Shown here in pieces: positions 21,670 through 34,328 of a stretch of 64,000 bases of DNA. The DNA is from Lingula anatina. Its lineage: Eukaryota > Animalia > Brachiopoda. The notes beneath the pieces were generated by a model. That model did no database searches, was not told the DNA's origin, and saw nothing but the letters and a program-made list of their open reading frames with translations. Numbering within the stretch: the first letter of the stretch is position 1; every line of letters starts with the position of its first letter. The DNA lies in the NCBI GenBank assembly GCA_051362555.1, contig CM120642.1:17298001-17362000 (forward strand), in the 5' to 3' direction. A program made the position numbers and the translations under genes.

Positions 21670-24600
21670 TATTATATCTTTCCTAAGCGACAGATGTATA
21701 TCCTTGGATAACTGTAGGCAGTTGAAAGATATTGTCTTTGTCCTGGTGTGTTCGTTCCGATAATATTCAAGAGTTGAGAAATGAAACTTTTGAAAAGGGA
21801 ACAGATGTCAGACATATTCTTTTGATTTTGTAAGGAATCTGTCATTGCACAATTTTAACGTATGGCAAAGCAAATTGTATGAACAATTCGTCTCCAAAAC
21901 AAAATTTTAATTAAAAAAAAAAAAAAAAAAAAAAAGATATATAACATGACGAAGTAAAAATTTTAAAAAGAATGAAAGGTCGAAAATAAATCCAAACCAA
22001 ATATGCATTTGAATACCAGTCAAACTAATTTAATCGTGTCTGTCAATAACAACAACAGAGGAATGTAAAATTATTCTGATCTATATATTCAACATATCAG
22101 AAGGTTGGCTGCATTTGAAGGCATGTAGCACTCTTCTTCACGTTAGTAAATTCAGACGATAAATAGTATACAATATATTTTCATATACATTTTCTCAAAT
22201 TACTGAAAGAAGGCGCGAACTTTTCTTCATACCTTAGCACTACTTAATATATTCTCATTTTCTGCCTATATGCGTTTTTCTTCAGACGTGTATCGCTTCT
22301 AGGACGATTGACAGACAAGGCCGTCCGTTCTGGGATTAGCCAAATCTCGTCAAAATTCAACCAAGCGTCACCGGCGGCACGCGTGAAAATTGCAATTTAT
22401 CTGGCGCGTGTCTGATTCACTGGAGCCTGATATTGGCTCGCGCTCCCTATTAATACGTAATTTATGATAATAGCCTAGGGGATAGCAATCGTAACTTAGT
22501 TCCATTTTGTTCCTAAACAGAAAAGTTTGTAACCAATAGCCCGATGAAGAAAGCCCTCTTTTGTTATTGTTGTGTTAAAAGCGAGAAGTCACGCGACGAA
22601 TGGCCATTGGAGACAATTAGTTTCCAGTATCGCATTGATTAATAGCTTTAGGACTTCATCAAAATGTCCAGAAACGGCCGGGTCATTTAAAAGCGTTTTA
22701 AGACTTGATTTACGGACTAACATGACTCTATGTTTTCTCAATTATTCAAAATTGTGAGGTATATTTGAAAATAATTACGGATCTATCCGATATCATTGTT
22801 AGGTAGGTATAGTATATTCAGTTCAGATGTAGAGCCGGGCAATAAATGAAGTAATTTATTGTTTTATGGTTGCAGCCGAGAAGTTTCACAACAGATGTTC
22901 ATGAGACGCCGTTACTTGTATGGGAGGCGACCTCTCGTCTCCCGAGACAAGTATCGCGAGACTTTAAGAGCATCTACTGGACGCCAGACAAGTGTTAATT
23001 TCAAACTAAGCACAGCTTTCTTTGCAACGGCGAAGATATCGCTAAGCAGATGTGCTTCGATGCTCGGTTTTGAAACGATTTTCATTTAGATTCGGAAATC
23101 ATACGATTCTCATTCTTTCTTTGCTATATCGGTTGCATTATTAGTCAGAAAATCTCAATATCTTTATCATAGTATTGACGCAACCACTTCACAGGTCGTT
23201 GAAGGCCATAAATTAGACTCGAAAATCTCCGTTGGGAAGCTTAGGCAATTTTATTACTTCATATCATATTTCTGTTATCTGGGGCTAGTCTGGAGAATGC
23301 TTGTCATGAAAATTGTTGCCATGTTTCAAATGTTCTGAGGATTAATTAGAGGGTAGATTAAGTCATTAATTTCTCTGTTTACCAATCCACTTGAAATAAA
23401 CAATTAATAGGTGGTTGATAGGCCGAGATGAAACGCAAAACGGCTCACTGCCGCCGCTTTGAAATCTACACACTTACTATGAAATGAACATACTTGATCA
23501 GTGTGCTTTGTGACTCGCATACTAAGCCGGATATGAGAAAATGAGAAATTGACTTCGCCGTTAATTGCTCTAAAACTCCAGACTGTAGATGTACTAAAAT
23601 TACTTCATGAATTTTTATAATTTTGTGTCAGAATATCTGTGTTATCTTTTCCAAGATCATTTTCTGCTACTCTCATCATTAGTGTTTCTTTAAAATGATT
23701 TTGGCTTAATTATATCACGGACAAAATTCGTTATTATGTCCAAGATTTCATATTGTTTTAAAATTCTTTTTAATCTTACTTTTGTGCGGTTCACGTTTTG
23801 TAGATTAACAAATACTGGCCATAAAAAAACTAATAATAAAACAAAACAAAAATCAATGAGCACTTTCTTGACAAATTGAAGAGGCTACATGAAGGATCCA
23901 TAATAATGGATCCACGGTAAGAAAAAAAAAAAAATGTTTCATTGAATCAGAAGCTTATTAGTCACAGTAGCGTTTCCATGTTAACCAGAGAGAGGGGGCT
24001 TCTTTTGGATATTCGAACATTCAGTAAAGATTTATATTGCTATGTGGGAGTTAAGTTCAACATTACCTGTGTTTTTACTGTGAAGAAGTGAAGTAGTAAA
24101 TATTAAGGGAAATTGTTTGAACATGCAAACAGGCCAAAATAAAGCACAGGATACATGTACAACACGTTTTCCCCCGTTTTTCCCATTCGCTTTAGTTAAA
24201 CAGGAAAAAGTTATTAAAAGACAAAAAATATTTTGTATTTTGTCTTAATACACTGTACACCTGAAACGTGAATCACAAACGAATGACAGTCAGACCTTTG
24301 CTACTTATTGACATGTAACTTGCTAGTTATGATTTATTTATATGTATTCTATAGGAATAAAATAGTGAGACATAAATATCTATTAACTAAATTAACTAAT
24401 ACTTATCGAACACATATTCCAAAATTAGTAACCAGTGTATCAACACCATCAACAAAACGGTTTATGCTCGCCCAATGCTGTAATATTTTTGCTAAAATGA
24501 AATACCAGTTCTGGACATGCATTAAATAATAATAGTAATAATAATAATAATTTATTCGAGCATTAAATGTTACAGTTACATTTGTTAGCCCTCTATACTA

Positions 24601-25290
24601 CAAATATATAAATGAATAAATAGTTATACATCCCTATGGATTATTACTACTTATACAGTGTTTAAGAATATTAATTACAGTGTATACGTTGTTTAAAATA
24701 CTTAAAGGAGTAATTTATTCCTTAAAATCTCCAGAATCAAACAGAAAAAAATAACGTTGTTAGGTAGTGCTCAAATCAAAGCGTAGCGTCGAATGATTTC
24801 ACAAAAGCCTTTGATAAATTAAAGCGTACTATTATTTATGTTGGAATGTGTGCAAACAATAAACGCGGGCGTTAGAAAAAGGGGTTCCTTATCAGAGTCA
24901 GACTTGGAAATCGCTTCACATACACCTTAGCGATGTGATGAAAGTAAAGGTACAAGTTCCTATGGGCCGGTCGAGCCCGTCGCGTCTGACTTTACAGGTG
25001 AAAAGGACCGACAAACCGGACACCGGTCCCAAAACATGTGTTTTCTCGGCTCTGATTCAATGGGGAATAATTTAAGCGTCTGTGTGTTAATTACATCATG
25101 TTAAGTGTTCCTGCTCCAAACAAAAGCCGGAGCTGTTGAAATCAGCGCACAACTGCGCCCTGCGGCTGCTTATCTCGGGGGTGTAGGCGAGATCACAGAA
25201 GCCGCCCTTGGACTGGCGCACGCCAGCAACGGATCGGAGGATACACGCTTAGGAGAGAGAAAAGAAGAGGGAGGGGGTCCGAGGTGAGAC

Positions 25291-25329
25291 CGAGATCACG
25301 TGATCTCGAGTGTCGGAGAGATGACGTAA
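25291..25329 (+). promoter_or_regulatory. Probable Cdx proximal promoter elements: 18-bp palindrome with E-box, and CRE-like site
   Basis: CGAGATCACGTGATCTCG (25291-25308) and TGACGTAA (25322-25329) in a CpG-rich stretch ~430-460 bp upstream of the Cdx ATG. Confidence 0.45.
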
Positions 25330-25755
25330 AAGGACGAAACTACAGAGAAGAAGTTAGTCGACGTTTGGAATACGACGGATATAGATCAGGACTAGGAAAC
25401 GATTCACCGGTAATACGTAGCGAGAAAATAAGTTGATTTCTCCATACTGTCTTCGGCGGACTGTACCTTGACGTGTGCCGTCCTTGGCAAGTTGGCTTGA
25501 CACAGAAGAATTTTACGGAGTTTTTACGAGTTGTTAACATAGGTGGGAATTTATTGACACTGCTCTTACATGTTAGCATTCACGTCCTGAAGAACCGTGC
25601 TATCAGCTCTTGGTCGAGTTTTATTACCCTTACCGGGATCAAGCACACTTCAAGCAAAGCGACCCGATCTGCTGCCGTTTTGTTGATTGCCCAAGAAGGT
25701 TGACCCAACCGACGCCGTTGACTTTTTCCTCAATCTTAACCATTGCGTTTTTACA

Positions 25756-26350
25756 ATGGTTCTAAAGTACGAACTAGACGAGACAGACTTTGATGTCATG
25801 TTCACCAACCGTCCACACCATCAGGTGCCCGCGGGGGCTTACTATGCGGGGTATAACCCCCAGGGTGCCACAGCTGACTTCGGCCAATACCAGATCCACG
25901 CAGGAGGAGAGGGGAACCCCCTCGGGATGCAGCCTAACCCCGCGGGTTCCCCGTCACAAGGATGGAGCGGGATGTACCCTACCAACGCCCCAGGATATGG
26001 TAGACCCGTCGGTTCCCATTATAACGAGTTTCCTGGTTACCCCTCCGCCGCTGCCGCCCAGCAAATGAGCACCCAGGGCCACATGGGCGCCTACTACACC
26101 TCGCCGCCACCGCCGCACATGGGGTACGAGCCTTACGGTCATTCTGGCTCAGTTAACGTCAACGTTCCGCCTGTGGTCAGTGCGGGTGACCATCACTCCA
26201 CAGTGTCCAGTTACCACGACGGCAATATTGCGTCCCCAGTTCCTGCGAACGCTGTGGTGTCCAGTACGGGGACCATAGACATCTCCCGCCAACAGAGACA
26301 GCCGTATGAATGGATGAAGAAACAAGCGCTCCCCGCCACTCCCCCAACTG
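25756..26350 (+). CDS. Cdx: Caudal-type ParaHox homeobox protein, exon 1
   Basis: ATG at 25756, P/Y/G-rich N-terminus, hexapeptide PYEWMKK, phase-1 donor G|GTGAGA at 26350/26351. Confidence 0.93.
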
Positions 26351-27561
26351 GTGAGATTTACTGCATTTTCACAACATTTCTTTTTCTTTCTTGCTTAATC
26401 TAAACTTTAATTCCATTGGTTTGAATGCCATATAAATTTACTTGAATTTGTAAAGAATGCAGGTTGAAAATTTTTCATCAGCCATTTTGGACATGTCGGC
26501 TGCTAAATAAGTACACGTAAACCCAAACGAAATATGTTGTTTATAATGTATTTTCATAAAAAATGATAGAAGCGTTCATTACCTAAAATCCAAAATTATT
26601 TATTAGTCTTGCTCATCCTCAAAAAGTGAAGCAAACAAAAAACTACCTGGAAAATTTGGTTCCACATCCGATGTCTTTTGTGCTTTTTCGAGGACTCGCT
26701 GTAATTTTAATAGTATGGTTTCTCTCCTGTGATGTTCCTTTTTTCACAATATTGACAAATGTTGTTAGCGAATATTACATTTCCTGCATGATAGGTTGTC
26801 TCCATTTTTAAAAGAAAAATAACGTGGATTCAACGCCATAGTTATCCTGTGCGTAATATCATGTCACTAAAATCATCCAGTCGCGACATATTATATTATG
26901 TCTAGATTCGTCGCTATAATCCTATAACACCCAGTGTTGAGTAAAATCAACTGTTAAAAAAATCTGAAAAATAATTCCTCATATGCGGCCGGCATTTATG
27001 TGAAATCCAAACCTAAGTTTCCTCTCCCGCAGTTTGTATCCGAATGATCACAGATAGTATCAGGAACACATATAAACTCCGTGGCTTAATATTTATTAGG
27101 CGCAATTTGGATGCAATAGATGTTATAAAATAGGTATAGGAAAAATGACAAGATATTATTACAGAAATAAGATACATGACCCTTTTATTTGGGTCTTTTA
27201 TATTTCTTATATTGCCATTGTTAAATCATTAGGCCATAAATTTGATTTCACCTACCTTACGCAGTTGCAATTCAAAATAATTTATATTTGGTTCCCGATA
27301 TTTATAGGTGTTGAGGTAATGACAACTTTATTAACACTTTACAGCATAAAACATAACGGATGTCTTTTTTTACTGATTTTAAAAGGTATTCTCATGATTT
27401 AAATGTCTTTCATTCATTCATGCATACAGTCAAAATGTTAAAGGTAAAAATTTGCGTTTTTGAATAGGCCCTAAAATCACCAAGGAAATCTGAATTTAAA
27501 CCTATGAAAAATTATCCTTTAAACATTCAATTGTTTTAATTTAGGACTGAAGCCATTAATG

Positions 27562-27925
27562 TTTCCCACGGAGCTCCCCTACCCCCTAACCGCTCCAACT
27601 TAATATTATGTTCATCTTTAATACAAATAAAACTAACTCTTTAAACTTTCCCACGCAAATCAATCTTAGTATAGTTGGTTTGGCACAGATTTAAACGAAT
27701 TTTTGTCACTTTGAACTTAAGCGCTTCGGACATCCTAATTTAAAACAAGTGTCATTTCCCACGTATCGCCCTATGAAAATATTTTTAGGTCAGTTAAAAG
27801 GGATTTTAATTATTAGCAGTTGGCTTCACCCGCTACATGCTCACAAATCCGTATGCAAACGATATATTCAAATATTATTGGATTTATATAACCAAACTGA
27901 ATCCTAATGCCGATGATTTCCCACG
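27562..27925 (-). promoter_or_regulatory. Cluster of four Su(H)/CSL consensus sites (CGTGGGAAA) in the Cdx intron
   Basis: TTTCCCACG at 27562, 27647, 27755 and 27917, all in the same orientation, with otherwise non-repetitive spacers. Confidence 0.7.
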
Positions 27926-29782
27926 AAAGTAATAGAAATTCAACGTCCTGATTTAAACAGATTACAATTTGGCTTCTGATCACGCAATGAAAGTCAGTTT
28001 TGACCTAAGTCGTTTACACTTCGGAAGTGTTTAACAGAATAAACGATTTGCCTTTCGCGTAAAACGTGATTTAGACGACCTCTCATGCAAGTAACCTGTT
28101 ATATCTGTGATTTATCCATTTCTTTTGATGAGGTTTTCGGGCTGACACAATAGCCCTGATTAATTACGTTAAAATGCTTCTATACACAGTAATCAGGTCA
28201 CGACTGGACTGTAGAGATTAATATATCAAATGTCGAATACGCTTACCAAACCAAAAATGTAAAAAAGCGCCAGTTCGGTTGGTAGAAAATTTTAATAATA
28301 AAAATTATTATTATTATAATTATAGTGATGCTGATAACTTGAGCGAAAAAAATAATAATGATGATGAAGATGATAACTTAAGTGAACATTTCATATTTCC
28401 AACACTATAGCGGGGTAAAGTTCACAGTGAAAGGAGTTGGCTATAGTATTTGCGAATGCTTACAATATATTAATATAATTGCGCTCTGAGATATATTGTA
28501 AGGTGTGATATTATTCCATTACATCGCAAGCTGCGATTTGCATCATAAAAAATTCCAATATGACAAATTTCAGAAAATATCTGCGAAGAGATCAACAAAT
28601 ATTGTAGCTAAATCAGATTGATTCTAATTCGTATGATTAAAATATCGAAGGCACTCGTTTACATTTGATGTGACAGAACATGTGGGTAATTTACAAAAAT
28701 GAATGATGAAACTGAAGAGCACTGCGCGTGCCTGTTTTCCCTCTGAGATGTTAGTATCGAAAATTAATGAGCTCTACCCCTTCATGTGTTCAGACCCGCG
28801 CCATTGATGTATTAGTGTAATCTCATTATAACACGTCTTCATGTTGTGGGTTGTTATTTTTGTTGTCTCACGAGGATCTAGCCAAATAATTAGAGTTCCT
28901 TCGATGCTAAATCTTACACCAAGATTTACTGTAAGTTGGTGTTTGACAACTTAGCGTTAAATGAATCCCCTGCATCGACGTAGCTGCGGGCATGCGGGCA
29001 GATTTGTAGTTAAACGAGAATTAAAAAATCTCTGATGTTCTTTCGTTTAGGGGTGTAAAATGTTTAAATGACTTACAAAAAATTGCAACAACTTAAGGGA
29101 TTATATCTAGTTATTAGTGTATACAAATCAACTGTATAACAAAACACTCAATGATATAATGATACAGTTCTTTCATATGTATAATGTTAAATTTAAAGAA
29201 GGATATCTGAAGGGCCTTCCTGTCCCGCCACGCTAAGGTGCGTGTACTGAGCAATTGTTACTGAGACTGTCATTGTTTTTAAATATATTAAGGTTTGTAA
29301 ACATGGGTATCAGCTCAAAAAGTTTTTTTACAGACACCCCGTCTCCTTTTTACTTAGTATGCATTATTGTCTTGCATGTAATGAGAGACAACTTGAACAA
29401 TAAGATGATTATTATCAAATGGCAAAGCCGTCTCAATGATCAGAAAGACCGCCGTTTTTGTATCTGGTCTCCGCTTTAAAATTTTGGACTGGAAAGAACC
29501 GGCGGCTTGACATGAAAGGCACGGTAGTAATTATAATCACGGGTGCGCTCGCTTTATTAAGTAGTGCTCAGCTTAATTGCGCGTAAAATTAGCCCGCCAC
29601 TCCCCGCTGGGTGCGTCTGACTTAATGTCTGACTCGTGCTCGTGTTTGTAGTTTTACCGTCTCAGAGGGAAATCTAGCCCCCATACAGCATGTCTTCATA
29701 ATGTATCCTTTGATTAACCTTAAAATTAATCCTTTTATATTTTTAAATTATAGTACCGCGAGGAGCTTGCGTGACAAAACTT

Positions 29783-30173
29783 TTAAAGGGATTATAACTC
29801 TTCGTATGAGGTCTATATTTCACAATAAAAACATTGTGAATAACTCATAGAAATATATTCTTTTTTACCACAAAAACGGCAGTTATAGCTATTATTCTGA
29901 TATCTGAGCTTGTCTTCAGACCACGTGACCTCCATTGATGGCTGTACTCTGTTAAAATCTCTTAAGAGATTAATCTCTTAAAAGATTTTAACAAAAAAAA
30001 AAAAAAACAAACCTTTGAGAAAAAAAAAAAAAAAAAAAAAAAAAAACAGGGACTTACTTTGAATGTAAAAATGGATTCATTAACCATTGGTTAGTATGGG
30101 AAAATTGTTGTTTACTCCAGGAATTTTTTTTTTTTTTTTTTTTGGCCGAAACGAAGAGTTATTATCCCTTTAA
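29783..30173 (+). mobile_element. Second TTAA (Kolobok-like) MITE family, in the Cdx intron
   Basis: TTAA-AGGGATTATAACTCTTCGT ... ACGAAGAGTTATTATCCCT-TTAA. Diverged homologue at 61302-61654. Confidence 0.75.
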
Positions 30174-30933
30174 ACATCCCAGATTTTCAAATTCATTTTT
30201 GTGGATCATATACTATATAAATGCATATGCATATATATATATGTATATACTTGTGCGTTGTTGAGAAGTCAATAGATAATGCTGTAAGGTATCACAGCGT
30301 GGCTTTTCTCTGAATAATTCTCTCCGCAAGTTACACGTAAAACTGATTTGCAAGATTTTTTTGTTATGAATATATTTCAATATGATGCTGGGATAAAATG
30401 ATGACAATCATAAGATGGCATTTCTTTCACTTATATTGGTCTTTGCTCACATAAAGAACATCGCGGAGCAGACCTGTTTAATATGTCTTATTATAATGCA
30501 CCATGTTAAAATTGTTATAAAAGAGAAATGCGCAGTAACTATTAGGTGCAGATCTAGAGAGACACTAAAAGTATGACTTATTCTGAACGAGGTCGAGTGG
30601 TTATAGAGCATTATTTATGCAATTTTAACTTAAAAATGAATTGTAAAAGTGTCATGGAAAATACGTATAAATGATTTCGTTTGATAAATCAAATCTTAAT
30701 TTACGTTTAACGTCGCTATACAAATTATACGAATATTCGACGGAGTCGGCATTTTAAAGTTAATGATGACTGCAAAATTATTTTCAGATTAAAGTGAGTT
30801 GGTTTTATGTTCCCGTAAACACGACTTGACGTGCTAAAATTATTCGACTGTTTAAAACTTTTTTTTTTTTTTTTGAAAAGTAAAATCCTATAGGGAGCTA
30901 TTTTGATATATGTTTTTACTACTTCGTTTTCAG

Positions 30934-31424
30934 GAAAAACAAGAACAAAGGACAAATACAGGGTAGTTTACAGCGATCATCAGAGGTTGGAACTAGAAAA
31001 AGAATTCCACTACAGCAAATACATCACCATTAGGCGAAAATCAGAGTTAGCGTCCAACCTAGCCTTATCTGAACGACAGGTCAAGATATGGTTCCAAAAC
31101 AGACGCGCCAAGGAGAGAAAAATCAACAAAAAGAAACAGATGGAGTTAGGAGGGCAGACGACAAACAGCTTCCATTTGGCGCAGACGACAATGACGACAC
31201 TTTCGGGACTGGAATCCTCTGACAAAATGGATGACGTCACACTACAGGGCAGTCCCGCACTTCAGAACAGCCCGAGTGCACTCAGTAACAGCAGTGGAAG
31301 TTTACATCCAAATGACTTTCAGCAAATGGTCAATAAAGTTGAGGCATCACAGGGAAATATGGATTTACAAGGTCAAGGACAAAATCCGAACCAGAGGCAT
31401 AGTCCAGTTCATAGTCACTGCTAA
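30934..31424 (+). CDS. Cdx: Cdx exon 2 (homeodomain); spliced protein 361 aa
   Basis: Acceptor ttttcAG at 30932-30933. [40 protein letters not shown]...[11 protein letters not shown] is diagnostic of Cdx. Phase matches exon 1. Confidence 0.98.
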
Positions 31425-34267
31425 AACTGACATTGTTTAGCACCCGGCACATACAAAATCGTATATAAAAGTCTAAAACGCAAAGAGGCAGCCTGGTCTC
31501 TTTAAGATTTTTGCATATTATTAAAATAAATCGAGAAAAGTGCAATCATTGTGAAACTCTTGCCATTGGGAACTTAATCGGAGACAAGGTGAAATAAAGT
31601 GAACTGTTTTGACTTTTTATTTTGGATTTTTATCACAACTTTTTGACTCTGTGTCATTGTGTGTGTGAGTGTTTATTTTTCACTAACACAAATTTGCATG
31701 AAACATGTATCGTGCAGTATTTGAGGACCGAAAAAGTATAAACAGAAGGGAACCTTATTTTATATTCTTGGAAACTGTGTCTTATCGTTTCTTTAACGGA
31801 AATGTCGTATTTTAGCCTACACATCAATATCACCCATGATGATTTTTTAAAACTTGGCGCTATTTGTTGTTGAAATGCTGGTCATTGTATGCCCTTTTTG
31901 TATGAAAGTGAAATTATAATTACTACACATATCAGCTGTTACCTTGAAGCTACAGAAGACTCAGGGAATATTTGCTCATGTTTGGCATAATACATTGCAT
32001 GATTTCACATCTGTTTTAGCTTAAGGTCACGTTGAAGGTTTTTCCCTTGCAGCGCAACAAGTCCGCTATCATCAGCTGAAATAAAGGTCATTAATTTCAA
32101 CGAATGATCACTAATAACGTCTATATTTGTGCAAGGCTAGTTATTGATAAAAGAAGAAAAGAACTATTGTTTCATTTATGGTTTGTTCATGCTAAATTCT
32201 TTTTACAAAATTAAGAAAAACTTGTAGGTAGTACTTGCACTAAAGGTGTGAAGGGTGTAAGGAGAAAGTGTGAAAAGGGAAAATGAGTTTTATTACCACC
32301 TTGTGCAGTGTTGTACAATGTATAGTAGTATAAAATGTACTGCCATTTCTTTTCATACTTAGGATATTTAAATATGTTTTCCGTTTGATTTATGAATAGA
32401 ATATCTTGCCACTTCACGAAAATTGCCAATAACCCTCCTTTGTTCAACTGGTAGGCTACATATTATCAGATGCTGTATTTATTCAGTAATGGGCATAGAC
32501 CCAAGGCGAAAAGTGCACTTTTTATTTCACTTGAAACAAGCAATGTATTAAGCTTTTATTTAAATTATGTTGTAGACATTTCTAAATACACATTAAATTG
32601 ATTTAGTAAAGAAATTGTGTTTTTTATTTGTACTTCAAAGCAATTTTTGCCACATATCGAATCATACCTTTGTAAAATTTAATGAATTAATCAATTGATA
32701 GGTGGATTAAAATATAAGGAAATGAATAATCAAAAAAAAAAAAAAAAAAAATGAACGAACGAACAAATAGATAACATATAAATGAAAGAGTAAACAGGTA
32801 CCGAGTAAAAAATATAATTATTCAAACTGATAGGAGAATAAAAAAAAAAAAGAGAAAGACAAAATATGGATGAAAATTTTTTTCAATACAAAAATACATA
32901 TCATATGTAACAATGGTCAATGCAAATACATATCATATGTAACAATGGTCACCACGGATGAGGTGAGTTGCTCGATGTTGACACATGCATCGTCACCTCA
33001 GAATGGAATACATAATTCGTACAGCGCACATAATGTGGGTATCAAAAGAAATTTTTCAATATATTTTCGACTATTCTAAAACAAAATTTAGTGTTGCTGA
33101 TTCATAAGTATTGTCTCTAGAGATGAAATCGATAGAAGAAATTAGCAAGATTGTACAAGATGGAACTCGTACGCTCTTCACGGTGAGATATTCTCTCAAA
33201 TTATACTAGTAAACAGTGTGAATAATGAGATTTAGATCTGTCTATTCCATGTTTTCGTATTATTTTATAAGGTTAAATTCTTTAAAAGCCGATAATTTCT
33301 TTCGTTTACTGTGCTACCTACCTTTATTTCTAAAATTGACCAATGAAATTGTGTTAGGTGAGACACGCCGTATCCAATTGTCTGTTGTCACAGTCAAAGC
33401 AATCAAATTTTTGTTAAAAATCGATAACTTTTTTGAAATCTCGGTGACGAATATTCGTTCACAAAAGAAGTCTGATTTTTTTTCCTGCTCTTTTGATACT
33501 TCTCATTTTTCGAAGAGGAAGTGTTATCTTCTTTTCATCCAAATAATATCTGGCCATCGAATGGGGGTATTTTTCTCACTCTTTTTACCATTGCTTTCCG
33601 AAAACATTGTTTATGCTATGACAAAGAATCAGAAATTAATCAAAAAGAAAAAAAAAAACATCAGGCAATCGTAGAAGACTACCTCATGTGCGGATATTTA
33701 CCACTTTTGATTTCTCATAATTTATCAGAGGACCGAGCTACATGTAACATAATTTTATTTCAAATGGTGTTCTTATACGATAGCTCAGTCATACTCTTTG
33801 AGTTTTCTACTTTATTGCATTGCCATAGATATATAGGCCTAGTATTAAAAGGTGGAACTTCTTTCTTTGCTAATACAACTAAATGGGTGTGGCGATGGTG
33901 GTGGCTGTATGTTACGTGTATAATTAATTGTAAATATACATAGACATACATACTGTAGTCATGACTGTGGATATTGAAGAAAAGGGCGTATTATAATGCT
34001 AACTTGAATACAACACACGTCATGCATTATTCTATAGATCATATACTGTGTATATTGTTTACATTCTTAAATATGATTTACGACCATGTAAAACTGCACC
34101 TTTGAACAGTATATTTATCTTTGCTTTTCAGTGGGCGACTCAGTTTTTTTTTCATAATACTGATTTTTTAATATGTATTCTGAGAGCGTCGACCCTGAAG
34201 CCTTATTTGGTATCTTGTTTGTTGCCCATAATTGTATTTCTCGTGTGGTCGGATGTGGTGTGGCACG

Positions 34268-34270
<3 letters not shown>

Positions 34271-34325
<55 letters not shown>
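34271..34325. repeat. Compound (AC)n(AG)n microsatellite
   Basis: Read directly. Other simple repeats at ~52536-52588 (ATCT)n, ~54525-54553 (AG)n, ~55701-55757 (AAAT)n and ~57546-57580 (AC)n. Confidence 0.95.

Positions 34326-34328
<3 letters not shown>

Noticed and set aside
32890-32950. ~31-bp tandem duplication (AATACATATCATATGTAACAATGGTC)
   Set aside because: Simple local slippage duplication with no further structure.
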